This document shows positions 19,244-29,541 of a stretch of 64,000 nucleotides of DNA, piece by piece. The notes beneath the pieces were generated by a model. The model saw only the letters and a program-made list of their open reading frames with translations, was not told where the DNA came from and did not search any database. Every line of letters starts with the position of its first letter. Position 1 is the first letter of the stretch. The translations under genes and the position numbers were made by a program. Source of the stretch: an uncultured Saprospiraceae bacterium (lineage in GTDB: Bacteria > Bacteroidota > Bacteroidia > Chitinophagales > Saprospiraceae); contig CALEAC010000027.1 in NCBI GenBank assembly GCA_937944095.1, positions 2,524 to 66,523 of the forward strand, given 5' to 3'.

Positions 19244-20299
19244 TCAGAAGGTAGGACAAAGTGCACCTGTGTCAGTATGGACACCACTGAATCTAATAGA
19301 GAATTCAAAAGTATTAAAACCGAAAACTGAATCTAAAGCATCTCTCATAGATAGGTCATAAGAGAATCCAAATATGAATTTATTTTGTCGAATCCCTAAC
19401 AGCGGTGTTATGTTCTCTAGATGATAACCATCTAGGTCATCAGTAGTTGTTAACCAGAGACCTAAGATTAAGGCATTAGTCCTAGATTTAAATATGTATT
19501 CTAGATTTGTTCCTAAGTCGATTTGTTTATGGACACCTTGCTTCTGGTAGATGATTCGAGGCTTGATGATTGTAGAATAATTCAGATTCTTGTCGTAACT
19601 GGCATGAACTGAAATCTTAGGGTATAATTTCTGAGATATATCTATACTCGGATTAGGCAGATCCTGCCTATTAAAGTAGGAGAACGAAGGACTATTGACA
19701 TGATGCAAAGCTGCGCCGATATAGAAAGCTGATTTAGGTAAATCAATCGCATAGTTGACGCCTATCGATAAATCGAAACTCCCAAAGTTATTTGGTGGAA
19801 GATCTTCTCTGGTCGGAAGGTTGAACTGATCTACTTGGTCGAATTGGTCACCGAAGTTGATATTGTCATAATTGATATTCCTTTGTATAATACCGAATTT
19901 TATCCCTGCGCCCAAGTAGGATTTGCCTTTGTTTCCTAAGCGCTTATGATAGGCCGCATAGGCTGATAATTTATTAACATTAGATTGGTATAATGAGACT
20001 CGATCACTAATAAAGAACATGCCCACTCCTAGCTTATCTTCAGATTTATTCTGGCGATTCTTCAGCGCAATATTCGTATCGCCGCCTGCAGCAAAGGTCT
20101 GATAGGGTGTATCTAAGCTATTATTCCACTGGTCCCTGTATATTGCCGTCATCCGATAAGTGCCTTCATAGGCGCCAGTCAGAGCTGGATTCATGTGCAT
20201 CGGGATAGCATAATATTGAGAGAAGTGTTCATCTTGTGCAGAAGAACTAATTGCAATTAACACCATTGCAACGACGGAGATATAAGTGAAAAACCTCAT
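19244..20299 (-). CDS. type IX secretion system membrane protein, PorP/SprF family
   Basis: 351 aa with a signal peptide. The mature N-terminus QDEHFSQYYAIPMHMNPALTG is the family hallmark. The sequence has beta-barrel-like alternating character throughout. Confidence 0.85.
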   Translation of the reverse strand: MRFFTYISVVAMVLIAISSSAQDEHFSQYYAIPMHMNPALTGAYEGTYRMTAIYRDQWNNSLDTPYQTFAAGGDTNIALKNRQNKSEDKLGVGMFFISDRVSLYQSNVNKLSAYAAYHKRLGNKGKSYLGAGIKFGIIQRNINYDNINFGDQFDQVDQFNLPTREDLPPNNFGSFDLSIGVNYAIDLPKSAFYIGAALHHVNSPSFSYFNRQDLPNPSIDISQKLYPKISVHASYDKNLNYSTIIKPRIIYQKQGVHKQIDLGTNLEYIFKSRTNALILGLWLTTTDDLDGYHLENITPLLGIRQNKFIFGFSYDLSMRDALDSVFGFNTFEFSIRFSGVHTDTGALCPTF

Positions 20300-20415
20300 G
20301 TTTACAAAGCTACAATTATATTATTTACTAGAGCCTAGATAGAAAATCTTGATTGTTACAATCCTAACGATAGACACGTAACAAACTGTATCTTTATACA
20401 CTCAAATTTCAATTC

Positions 20416-21219
20416 TTGGGTAGGCCAAAACTTATTCCTTACGGTATCTGTAGACTTAGCGTCGCTTCCATCAGAAAGCTGCCCTCTGATGATGCACCCT
20501 TAATAACCCAAGCCTTGTTTGGGGAGTACTTAGAGATCTTATCCAAAAAAGACAAGAATTGGTTCAGAGTGAGATGTACTTGGGATGATGTAATCGGCTG
20601 GATGGATCCTAAGCAACTGTATATACTAAAGGAAAAGGATGCAAGTTCTCTTAAGCCATGTACAACCTACACCATGGAACACCTGTATGGTATTAGCTCT
20701 GAGTATGAGACGATACCTATCCCAATTGGGTCGAGTCTACCCGGTTTCGACGGGATTAATATTTCCCTTCCTTTCGGTCGGTATACCTATAATGGTGGGA
20801 TAGTGGATACAAAGAAAATTAGTAACAGCGCAGCTCTATTGATTAATATTGCTAAAAGGTTGATACACAGTCCGTTCATGAAGGGGGGGCGATCTGTCTT
20901 AGGGATAGACAATAGTGGTTTTGTCCAATTAGTCTATAAGATGACAGGCATCGATCTACCTCGCACCTGTGCTGAGCAAGCCAAGTTAGGTGAAGACATC
21001 GGGTTTATCCTAGAAGCAAAACAAGGCGACTTAGCTTTCTTTCAAGATACTTCCTCTCAGATAATCCATGTCGGTCTGGTAATGGATGGTGATGAGATTA
21101 TACATGTTCATGGCCGCGTACGCATCGATAGATTAGACCAGCAGGGTATCTACGACAAGAAAAAAAGAAAATATATCTATAAGTTAAGGACGATAAGATC
21201 TATTCTAGGCAGTAAGTAG
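20416..21219 (+). CDS. NlpC/P60 (C40) family protein with N-terminal SH3-like domain; catalytic Cys replaced by Asn
   Basis: TTG start. The C40 core GIDNSGFVQLVY...GDLAFF...IIHVGLVM...IIHVH aligns with the G-x-D-C-S-G-F motif of MepS/LytF-type enzymes. Codon 20911-20913 is AAT (Asn166). Confidence 0.8.
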   Translation: MGRPKLIPYGICRLSVASIRKLPSDDAPLITQALFGEYLEILSKKDKNWFRVRCTWDDVIGWMDPKQLYILKEKDASSLKPCTTYTMEHLYGISSEYETIPIPIGSSLPGFDGINISLPFGRYTYNGGIVDTKKISNSAALLINIAKRLIHSPFMKGGRSVLGIDNSGFVQLVYKMTGIDLPRTCAEQAKLGEDIGFILEAKQGDLAFFQDTSSQIIHVGLVMDGDEIIHVHGRVRIDRLDQQGIYDKKKRKYIYKLRTIRSILGSK

Positions 21220-21220
21220 C

Positions 21221-21670
21221 TTATTCGCTCGAACTTGGATTCTTTAGTAGCATACAGTTTCTGAGCCAAAACTTATCTATCAGTTCTATCAGTTCAAAAA
21301 TCTTGTCGATATCAACAGGCTTCGTGAGATAAGCATTGGCACCATATTGATAGCACTTTTCTATATCGCTACGTAGCTTAGAGGTTGTAAATACGATGAC
21401 TGGAATCTTTTTGAAGATAGAATCCTGTTTGATGACTGATATGACTTGCTGTCCACTTATTTTAGGAAGGTTAAGGTCAGAGATAATCAAATCTGGTAAA
21501 TCCTTATAATGGGCTTTTTTGGATGCTTCGAAATAATTAAGCATCTCCTGACCATCAGTGACATACTCTAGTTCGATGGCTAATTCATTGAATGAGATAG
21601 CTTCCTCAAATAGTTTGATATCAGCTATATTATCCTCGATGTATAGTACTTTTTTTACTTCCTTATGCAT
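21221..21670 (-). CDS. stand-alone response regulator (receiver domain only)
   Basis: 149 aa. Acidic pocket YIEDN, phospho-acceptor IISDLNLP, VFTTS, and YLTKP. No output domain and no adjacent histidine kinase. Confidence 0.85.
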   Translation of the reverse strand: MHKEVKKVLYIEDNIADIKLFEEAISFNELAIELEYVTDGQEMLNYFEASKKAHYKDLPDLIISDLNLPKISGQQVISVIKQDSIFKKIPVIVFTTSKLRSDIEKCYQYGANAYLTKPVDIDKIFELIELIDKFWLRNCMLLKNPSSSE

Positions 21671-21854
21671 AACGCGTAATAGTTCACTAAAGTAACGTAA
21701 TACAATATTTAAAGGGAAGTTTTACCTAAAGAGTTCTAGAAGAGTCACTTCTAGATAGGTGTTAATAAGATTTAGACTGATTACAGTAGTCTAAGTCACG
21801 TAAAACAAAACAAAAACCTTGCTAAAAAAATTGCGTAGACCGAAGCGACTCGTG

Positions 21855-22076
21855 TTAGTACTCGTCTTCATTGAATAAGAAATCATCTTTTCTAGGGAAG
21901 TCAGGCCAGATTTCTAGCATATTCTCATAGGCATCTCCCTCATCTTCCATCTCTTGTAGGTTCTCTACGACTTCTGGTGGAGCACAAGTTCTTATTGCGT
22001 AATCGATAAGTTCGTCTCTTGTAGCAGGCCAAGGTGCATCTTCTAAATGGTGTGCTAACTCTAAGGTCCAATACAT
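21855..22076 (-). CDS. DUF2795 domain-containing protein
   Basis: 73 aa with a WPATRDELIDYA...PPEVVENL pattern. Confidence 0.65.
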   Translation of the reverse strand: MYWTLELAHHLEDAPWPATRDELIDYAIRTCAPPEVVENLQEMEDEGDAYENMLEIWPDFPRKDDFLFNEDEY

Positions 22077-22287
22077 CTAAAGCTGTTAATTTTTTTTAAG
22101 ACAATCAGAAGGTCTTCCTCCAAAATCGTCGCAAAACTATTAAAAATTAGATAAGAGCAAAGTAATCTGCCACATTACTTTATTGTAATATGTAAGCTGC
22201 TGCTTATCAATGATTTACTAAACAAGAAAGTGATCTTGGTCAGTATAATTGCTAAACCCCAATAACAATTGAAAAATTCCCCAGTTA

Positions 22288-23352
22288 CTATAAAATTAAC
22301 ATCGCATCACCATAACTGAAGAATCTGTAGTTCTTCTTCTTAGCTTCTTCGTAGGCTTTTAGCAATAATTCATGTCCAGCAAATGCAGATGCCATAATCA
22401 TCAGGGATGACTTAGGAAGATGAAAATTAGTGATCATGCAATTGGCGATACTGAATTCAAAGGGGTGGTACACGAATAAGTTCGTCCATCCTTCTGATTG
22501 CTTTAGTGTACCTGTAGCAGAGACTGCAGACTCTATTGTACGCATAGAAGTGGTACCTACACTGCAGACCTTGCGACCAGCAGCCTTAGACTTGTTGACT
22601 GCCTTGACAGTTTCGATAGGAATAGAATAGTATTCAGCTTCCATCTTATGCTTAGACAAATCTTCTACTTCTATATCTCTAAACGTGCCTAGACCGACAT
22701 GTAAGGTGACTTTAGGTAAGTGTACCCCTTTTATTTCGAGCCTTTTGAGCAACGTCTTACTGAAGTGAAGTCCAGCAGTCGGCGCTGCAACAGCACCCAC
22801 TTCAGAGGCATAGACCGTTTGATATCTTTCGGTATCTATCGCTTCAGGCTCTCTGTCCATATATTTAGGGATAGGTGTATTACCTAGTGTTCTCAGTATC
22901 GCATGATACTCTTCGTCTGTCCCATCGAAGAAGAATCGAATCGTTCTACCTCTCGAAGTGGTGTTATCCACGACTTCAGCGACTAGTATCTCATTGTCTT
23001 CCTTATCAGTGAAGTAGAGCTTGTTACCTACTCTGATCTTTCTAGCTGGATCGACTAGGACATCCCATAGGCGAGATTCCTTATTGAGCTCTCGGAGAAG
23101 GAATACTTCTATCTGAGCTCCAGTCTTCTCTTTCTTACCGAAAAGACGAGCAGGAAATACCTTCGTATTATTGAAGATCATACAATCATCTTCATCAAAG
23201 TAATCGATGATATCCTTGAATACTTTGTGTTCGATCTCGCCAGTATCACGATGGACAATCATAAGTTTGGACTCGTCTCGAACATCCACAGGATATTTAG
23301 CAATAAATTTTTCCTTTAATTCGAATTCAAATACTGATAATTTGGTCTTCAT
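22288..23352 (-). CDS. queA: S-adenosylmethionine:tRNA ribosyltransferase-isomerase
   Basis: 354 aa. F(E/D)[12 protein letters not shown]...DESKLMIV N-terminus, and AAPTAGLHF...[10 protein letters not shown] core. Confidence 0.95.
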   Translation of the reverse strand: MKTKLSVFEFELKEKFIAKYPVDVRDESKLMIVHRDTGEIEHKVFKDIIDYFDEDDCMIFNNTKVFPARLFGKKEKTGAQIEVFLLRELNKESRLWDVLVDPARKIRVGNKLYFTDKEDNEILVAEVVDNTTSRGRTIRFFFDGTDEEYHAILRTLGNTPIPKYMDREPEAIDTERYQTVYASEVGAVAAPTAGLHFSKTLLKRLEIKGVHLPKVTLHVGLGTFRDIEVEDLSKHKMEAEYYSIPIETVKAVNKSKAAGRKVCSVGTTSMRTIESAVSATGTLKQSEGWTNLFVYHPFEFSIANCMITNFHLPKSSLMIMASAFAGHELLLKAYEEAKKKNYRFFSYGDAMLIL

Positions 23353-23501
23353 ATATTTTTTTATAGAGCGTGCAAAAATAGGAAATTGCAGCCAATATTG
23401 TGTTGAGGAGTTTTTTAAGAAAAAATGCTCATTAAAGAGGGAATCATATCATTCGTCTAAATAAGCAGGGTACTCTGTCATAACTCACTAACTTTATTGC
23501 T

Positions 23502-24755
23502 ATGGTCACCTTACTTAAAGTTTTATTAGAAAGCCAGAGACAGGCTTTTGGTTCACTTAAAAGCAATAAGCTTAGGACATTCTTATCCTTAGTAGGTATT
23601 ACAATTGGCATATTCTGTATCATTTCGGTAAAGTCAGCTGTCGATTCCTTAGAGACCAACGTCAGAGCAGGCATCTCTGAAATTGGTACAGGCACTGTAT
23701 ATATAGAGAAGTATCCGTGGAATGAGGACTGGGAGGATAATTACTTCAAATACATGAAGCGACCAGATCCTGACCTGAAAGATTATGAAGTCATTCGCGA
23801 TAAATCAAAATTAGCTGGTAATGTGGCCTTTACAGTATTCTCAGGCGGCAAGACCCTTAAGTATAAATCAAGTTCTGTCTCAGGGCTATTTGTCATGGGG
23901 TCAACCTATGAGTTACAGGAGATCCAGAATTTAGAGATAGAACAAGGCAGGTATTTCTCTAATTCGGAGTATAATTCTGGTAGTAATAGGGTGATTCTAG
24001 GCAGTGTGGCAGCCAAAGAGCTATTCGGTAGTCTAGATCCTATCGGCCTACAAGTCAAGCTTTTCGGGCAAACTTATCAAGTTATAGGTGTCCTCAAGGA
24101 GGAAGGAGAGAGCATGTTCAATTTTATAAATTATGATGATGTCATCTGGGTATGCCTGACTAATGCTAGGCGATTTATGAATATCAAGAACAGTCGACAA
24201 GTAGGGGAGTCTCTAGTGGCTACTGCCAAAGCTGGTGTTGATATAGAAGACCTCAAGAGTGAGCTGACTGGGTTGCTGAGATCTCATCGGGGACTGAGAC
24301 CGAAAGACGATGATAACTTCAGTGTGATGGAAATGTCGTCTTTGAATCAAGTTCTAGAGGGTTTCTTCGGCACTTTGAATATTGCTGGACTTGTGATAGG
24401 GGGATTTGCGCTTATCGTCGGCATGTTTAGTGTCGCTAATATCATGTTCGTCTCTGTCAAGGAGAGGACGAATATTATTGGCATCAAAAAAGCGCTGGGT
24501 GCGCAGAAAGGGATAATTCTTATGGAATTCTTAATAGAGGCAATTATCCTATGTCTAATTGGAGGTGTGCTCGGCTTAGTCGTATCCTACGCACTAATCC
24601 AATTTATTTCCACAGCCTTAGACTTTGAGATGACGATGACCATCGGCAATGCGATTGCAGGGGTCGTTGTATCTATCCTTGTCGGTGTTTTGTCTGGTTT
24701 TATACCAGCATTAATCGCATCTCGACTAGACCCAGTTGTCGCAATGCGACAGTAG
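23502..24755 (+). CDS. ABC transporter permease, MacB/FtsX-like
   Basis: 417 aa. An N-terminal TM, a periplasmic MacB_PCD-like domain, then a C-terminal FtsX 3-TM bundle (KERTNIIGIKKALGA). No adjacent ATPase. Confidence 0.9.
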   Translation: MVTLLKVLLESQRQAFGSLKSNKLRTFLSLVGITIGIFCIISVKSAVDSLETNVRAGISEIGTGTVYIEKYPWNEDWEDNYFKYMKRPDPDLKDYEVIRDKSKLAGNVAFTVFSGGKTLKYKSSSVSGLFVMGSTYELQEIQNLEIEQGRYFSNSEYNSGSNRVILGSVAAKELFGSLDPIGLQVKLFGQTYQVIGVLKEEGESMFNFINYDDVIWVCLTNARRFMNIKNSRQVGESLVATAKAGVDIEDLKSELTGLLRSHRGLRPKDDDNFSVMEMSSLNQVLEGFFGTLNIAGLVIGGFALIVGMFSVANIMFVSVKERTNIIGIKKALGAQKGIILMEFLIEAIILCLIGGVLGLVVSYALIQFISTALDFEMTMTIGNAIAGVVVSILVGVLSGFIPALIASRLDPVVAMRQ

Positions 24756-24808
24756 GTTATACTTACAAGCGTAATAGGGATTAACTTCTATAAAGCTGTG
24801 CTGAAGTC

Positions 24809-25153
24809 TTACTTGACCTTTGCGACGATTGCTTTGAAAGTATCTGGCTCATTGAGCGCTAGGTCTGCTAGGACTTTACGATTTAGGCCAATTTCAGCCT
24901 TAGATAGAGCATGCATGAATCTAGAGTAGGAGAGACCTTCTTGTCTAGCTGCTGCATTAATCCTTGCAATCCATAGTCTTCGGAAAGCTCGTTTTTTGTT
25001 TCTTCTATCTCGGTATGCATAGCACCATGCTTTCTCGACAGCATTTTTGGCAACTGTGTATACCTTACTTCTTGCTCCAAAGTAACCTCTGGCAGCTTTT
25101 AGTATTTTCTTTCTTCTTCTTCTGGAAGCGACAGCGTTAACTGATCGTGGCAT
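24809..25153 (-). CDS. rplT: 50S ribosomal protein L20
   Basis: 114 aa, [26 protein letters not shown]. Confidence 0.97.
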   Translation of the reverse strand: MPRSVNAVASRRRRKKILKAARGYFGARSKVYTVAKNAVEKAWCYAYRDRRNKKRAFRRLWIARINAAARQEGLSYSRFMHALSKAEIGLNRKVLADLALNEPDTFKAIVAKVK

Positions 25154-25213
25154 AATGTTCTTTTTTCATACTAAGGGAAATCTGATTTCTTGGCCTCAGT
25201 ATAAGGTCATCAA

Positions 25214-25408
25214 TTATTTACACAAGAGTTTCTTGATTCTTGGCGTATCTGCAGCAGATACAAGGGTGGAACCGCGAAGATTCAACTTCGCTTTCCCGGT
25301 CTTTTTCCGCAGCAAGTGTCTCTTTCCAGCCTGGAATCTCTTCACTTTACCGGATCCAGTTATCTTAAATCTCTTCTTCGCACTTGAGTGCGTCTTCATT
25401 TTAGGCAT
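25214..25408 (-). CDS. rpmI: 50S ribosomal protein L35
   Basis: 64 aa, [24 protein letters not shown]. Confidence 0.95.
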   Translation of the reverse strand: MPKMKTHSSAKKRFKITGSGKVKRFQAGKRHLLRKKTGKAKLNLRGSTLVSAADTPRIKKLLCK

Positions 25409-25477
25409 GGCTAAACTTATTAGGCCTGCAAAAGTACGATAAATATTAATATATAAAGTTGCTTTTTAGTCCTGAGA

Positions 25478-26068
25478 TTATTTACCCTTAGGTTTCTTCG
25501 TTGGCGCAATCATAACGATCATCCGACGGCCTTCCATTTTTGGCATTTCTTCAGCTGCTCCTAAGTCTGCAAGTTCATTGAGGAATCTCAATAAAAGGAG
25601 TTGGCCTCTATCCTTGAATACAATGGTTCTCCCTCTGAAGTGGACATAGGCCTTGACTTTGGCACCTTCACCAAGAAATTTCTGAGCGTGTTTAAGTTTG
25701 AAATTGAAATCATGATCATCGGTATTTGGTCCGAATCTAATTTCCTTGATGACCGTCTTCGCAGACTTGGTCTTGATTTCTTTCTCTTTCTTTTTCTTTA
25801 GATATAGAAATTTGTTGTAATCCTGAATCTTAGCGACTGGCGGGACGGCCTTAGGACTTATTTCTACCAGGTCAAGTCCTAAGTCGTTAGCCCATTGTAT
25901 GGCTTCTGACGTAAGGTGGATGCCTGTCTCAACGGTTTTTCCTGCGACTTTGCTGATATCCTCAAAGTTCTCACCGACTAGCCTGATTTTAGGCGCGGAT
26001 ATCCTTTCGTTGACGTTAAAGTTGAATTTTGGTTTTTGGAATTTTTTGAAGTTTCTTCTTTTACCCAA
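25478..26068 (-). CDS. infC: translation initiation factor IF-3
   Basis: IF3 N and C domains (LDLVEISPKAVPPVAKIQDYNKF...KEIRFGPNTDDHD). The track start is TTG at 26068. An in-frame ATT lies 5 codons upstream (26083-26081). Confidence 0.93.
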   Translation of the reverse strand: MGKRRNFKKFQKPKFNFNVNERISAPKIRLVGENFEDISKVAGKTVETGIHLTSEAIQWANDLGLDLVEISPKAVPPVAKIQDYNKFLYLKKKKEKEIKTKSAKTVIKEIRFGPNTDDHDFNFKLKHAQKFLGEGAKVKAYVHFRGRTIVFKDRGQLLLLRFLNELADLGAAEEMPKMEGRRMIVMIAPTKKPKGK

Positions 26069-26164
26069 TTGGTTTTTTTTAATTATAAATGTGATGCACT
26101 TTGGCGTATCTTATATAAAGTTAATATATAAGTCGCAAAAGGGAGTTCCCGAGAACGATTATTC

Positions 26165-28696
26165 TTAGATATCCTCCGATTCTACTGTTGTGGCTGATTT
26201 GATAATAAGACCATCTTTTTCCTTGTTAATCACTGCTTTCAGTGCAGTGCCTTCTGCTGGACTCTCGTTCAGGATATATTCGGCTAGTGGGTCTTCTATA
26301 TATTTCTGGATAGCTCTATTAAGCGGTCTTGCACCAAATTGAGGGTCAAAACCCTTTTCAGCGACAAACTTTTTAGCAGCGGTACTGAGGACTAATTTGT
26401 ACCCCATACCTTCTAATCTGCTGTAGAGATCCTTCAGTGATATATCTATAATAGTGAAGATATGTTCTTGCTCTAAACTATTGAAGATGATAACATCATC
26501 AATCCGATTAAGGAATTCTGGTGCAAAAGTTTTCTTTAGCGCTTTTTCTATGACACCTTTCGATAATTCATCTGATGATTCTTCACGTGCCTTGGTATTG
26601 AATCCTACACCTGTGCCGAAGTCCTTCAGTTGACGTGCGCCTATGTTAGAGGTCATAATGATTAGGCTATTCTTAAAGTCAATCTTTCGACCAAGTCCGT
26701 CTGTCAGTACACCATCATCAAACACTTGGAGTAGGACGTTATAGATGTCTGGATGTGCTTTTTCTATCTCATCTAATAGGATAACAGAATAGGGCTTTCT
26801 CCGTACTTTTTCTGTTAATTGGCCGCCTTCTTCATAACCGACATACCCCGGAGGTGCACCGATTAATCGACTCAGCGAGAATTTCTCCATGTACTCCGTC
26901 ATATCAATCCTAATCAGAGCGTCATCAGAATCGAAGACATGCTTAGCAAGTGCCTTAGCTAATTCCGTCTTACCGACTCCTGTAGGGCCTAAGAATATGA
27001 AAGTCCCTATCGGTTTAGATGGGTCTTTCAGTCCGAGACGGTTTCTTTGGATGGCTTTAGTAATCTTATTGACAGCGTCATCTTGTCCGACGATGTGCTT
27101 TTTCAGTTCGTCAGCCATACCGACTAACTTCTTGTTTTCTTTCTGAGCGACTCTGGTGACAGGGATACCTGTCATCATTGCGACCACTTCAGCTACATCC
27201 TCATCATTGACAGGATACTTAGCTTCTTTAGCTTCTTCTTCCCATTCTTTCTTAGAATCGTTCAGTTTCTTAATGAGCTTGGATTCTTGATCCCTTAGGT
27301 CAGCAGCTTTTTCGTACTGCTGATTCTTAACAGCCTGATTTTTAAGCTCTTTGACACCTTCTATCTTTTGTTCTAGATCCTCGATATACTTTGGTACATG
27401 TATATTCTTGAGATGGGTTCTAGCACCGACCTCATCTAAGACATCAATTGCCTTATCCGGTAAGAAACGGTCGGTTATATATCTATTGCTTAGTTTGACA
27501 CAAGTCTTAATTGCTTCGTCAGAGTACTGGACATTATGGAATTCCTCATACTTTGACTTGATATTTTCTAGAATGTGGACTGCTTCTTCTGGCGAAGGTG
27601 GATTCACGAGTACTTTCTGAAATCTTCTGTCTAGAGCACCATCTTTTTCGATATACTGGCGATATTCGTCTAACGTACTCGCACCGATGACCTGCAGTTC
27701 GCCTCTAGCTAAAGCTGGCTTGAAGATGTTAGAGGCATCTAGAGAACCAGTTGCGCCTCCTGCACCGACTATCGTATGTATCTCGTCTATGAATACAATC
27801 ACATCTCTGGTCTTTTCCAGTTCGTTCATGATTGCTTTCATCCGTTCTTCGAACTGACCTCTGTATTTGGTCCCTGCGACGAGTGCAGCGAGATCGAGCA
27901 TAACAATACGCTTATCGAAGAGTGTTCTACTGACTCGTTTCTGAATAATTCTAAGGGCTAGACCCTCTGCGATTGCAGTCTTACCTACACCAGGCTCGCC
28001 TATCAGGATTGGGTTGTTTTTCTTTCGTCTACTCAGAATCTGGGAGACACGTTCTATTTCTATCTCTCTACCTATGATAGGATCTAATTTGCCCTCTTCA
28101 GCCAGTTTAGTTACATCGCGTCCAAAGTTATCTAGGACTGGCGTTCTCGATTTAGAATTTCCTTTTCGTCTAGAGAATGAATCATCGCGCTCTTCTTCGA
28201 GTGGTAAGTCAGAATCACTAGACGATACGATGTCCGAGTAGTTAGAGTTATCTTCTTGATTGACGTATTCTAATTCATTTTTATAGATGGCATAGTCCAC
28301 TTCGAAATCATCTAGGACCTTGGTTGCATTGTTTTCGCTCATCTTAAGAATTGATAACATTATATGTTCAGGATTGATCTCTGCTTGCTTCATTGACTTC
28401 GCTTCTAGAAACGAAACTTTGAGTGCTTTTTCGGCATGCTTGTTAAGCGGTATACTGCCCACATTGAGCTCTGACTTGGTGCCTCTTTTGTTCTGGACTG
28501 TTGCTTCTATTTTGTATTTTAACTCGTACAGGTCGACATCTAGCGAATCTAGTACTCGTAGGGCTAGACTTTCTTTGTCCTTTATCATTCCTAGAAGAAG
28601 ATGCTCGGTACCAATGAAGTCATTGCCTAAACGGATAGCCTCGTCTCTGCTTAGTGAGATAATCTTTTTGACTTTGGGCGAAAATTTACTATTCAT
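26165..28696 (-). CDS. clpC: ATP-dependent Clp protease ATP-binding subunit ClpC
   Basis: 843 aa. Clp_N repeats, two AAA+ modules ([18 protein letters not shown]), and a UVR-like [13 protein letters not shown] linker. Confidence 0.95.
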   Translation of the reverse strand: MNSKFSPKVKKIISLSRDEAIRLGNDFIGTEHLLLGMIKDKESLALRVLDSLDVDLYELKYKIEATVQNKRGTKSELNVGSIPLNKHAEKALKVSFLEAKSMKQAEINPEHIMLSILKMSENNATKVLDDFEVDYAIYKNELEYVNQEDNSNYSDIVSSSDSDLPLEEERDDSFSRRKGNSKSRTPVLDNFGRDVTKLAEEGKLDPIIGREIEIERVSQILSRRKKNNPILIGEPGVGKTAIAEGLALRIIQKRVSRTLFDKRIVMLDLAALVAGTKYRGQFEERMKAIMNELEKTRDVIVFIDEIHTIVGAGGATGSLDASNIFKPALARGELQVIGASTLDEYRQYIEKDGALDRRFQKVLVNPPSPEEAVHILENIKSKYEEFHNVQYSDEAIKTCVKLSNRYITDRFLPDKAIDVLDEVGARTHLKNIHVPKYIEDLEQKIEGVKELKNQAVKNQQYEKAADLRDQESKLIKKLNDSKKEWEEEAKEAKYPVNDEDVAEVVAMMTGIPVTRVAQKENKKLVGMADELKKHIVGQDDAVNKITKAIQRNRLGLKDPSKPIGTFIFLGPTGVGKTELAKALAKHVFDSDDALIRIDMTEYMEKFSLSRLIGAPPGYVGYEEGGQLTEKVRRKPYSVILLDEIEKAHPDIYNVLLQVFDDGVLTDGLGRKIDFKNSLIIMTSNIGARQLKDFGTGVGFNTKAREESSDELSKGVIEKALKKTFAPEFLNRIDDVIIFNSLEQEHIFTIIDISLKDLYSRLEGMGYKLVLSTAAKKFVAEKGFDPQFGARPLNRAIQKYIEDPLAEYILNESPAEGTALKAVINKEKDGLIIKSATTVESEDI

Positions 28697-29155
28697 CTCT
28701 AATTAGAGTTTGTTCTAAGCTTAGACCAGCTAAGGACTAGCAATGTTTTGAAATATGTGACTTTTACGATAAAATTCACAACTCGTTCTAATCGGTACTG
28801 ATATTAATAAAATATAATATCATTAGCACAATCTATATTGAGATACCAATATTAAACTCCCCTAAAACACGTGAAAAACCATACCAGTTATCAATATTAT
28901 GACATTATGGCATGAAATCAACTTTTAATTGAATAGGAGCTGACTAATTCTGCAAGGCAAGGGACATTCTGGATCGCTTCCAGTTAACAGAGCTAGTTTT
29001 CGAAATGATCTTTGAGTTTTTTGTTTTGATTGGACTACTTTAGCGACTTTTATACTTTGTTCTAAAGGGAATGACTGTATGTACTCATTAGCTAAAACAA
29101 CTTAGCAAGTCATACAGTATGACTCTGACTGAAAACCAATGAAATTTTGCAGCCT

Positions 29156-29533
29156 ATGAAATTTGTAATAGACAAGCAGGAAAAGTACTCTTTACTTCAA
29201 TTGAATGAAGATAATCTGAATTCTCTGATCGCTCCTGATCTCAAATCTGAGTTTGTTTTTCTGTGCAACGAGGGTGTGAAGAACCTAATTCTAGACCTAT
29301 CTGAAGTTAAATATGTCGATTCTTCTGGTCTGAGTGCCATACTCACAGCAAATCGATTATGGAATGATCAGGGCACTTTTGTTCTGACGGGTGTCGCTCA
29401 TCCTAGTGTCAAGAAACTAATCGAGATTTCAAGATTAGAGACTATATTCAAGATTATCCCGACGGTGGTGGAATCAATTGATTTCATATACATGGAGGAC
29501 ATCGAGAAAGAATTGAGTTCAGAGCAAGAATAA
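29156..29533 (+). CDS. STAS domain protein (anti-sigma-factor antagonist family)
   Basis: The start is ATG 29156 (MKFVIDKQEKYSLLQL), in frame with the TTG at 29147 used in the track. The conserved VKYVDSSGLSAIL segment is present. Confidence 0.8.
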   Translation: MKFVIDKQEKYSLLQLNEDNLNSLIAPDLKSEFVFLCNEGVKNLILDLSEVKYVDSSGLSAILTANRLWNDQGTFVLTGVAHPSVKKLIEISRLETIFKIIPTVVESIDFIYMEDIEKELSSEQE

Positions 29534-29541
29534 GACTTACC

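Noticed and set aside
20389-20396. TATCTTTA near-consensus -7 box upstream of the C40 gene
   Set aside because: The last base deviates from TAnnTTTG and there is no properly spaced -33 TTG, so it is too weak to list as a feature.
21735-21755. Perfect 8-bp hairpin tctagaag/cttctaga downstream of the DUF2795 gene as a terminator
   Set aside because: No U-rich tract follows it in either orientation, so the evidence is insufficient to call a terminator.
23444-23695. 83-aa minus-strand ORF spanning the queA/permease spacer
   Set aside because: It overlaps the start of the well-supported ABC permease, is not in line with queA, and has no recognisable features.
25155-25442. 95-aa plus-strand ORF opposite rpmI
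   Set aside because: It fully overlaps the ribosomal protein L35 gene on the other strand.
26889-28706. Five plus-strand ORFs (61-128 aa) antisense to clpC
   Set aside because: All are embedded in the clpC coding region, have no motifs and show shadow-frame composition.
28714-28723. Palindrome CTAAGCTTAG upstream of clpC as a CtsR/HrcA-type operator
   Set aside because: It does not match the CtsR or CIRCE consensus as I know them. A single 10-mer palindrome is expected by chance in AT-rich spacers.
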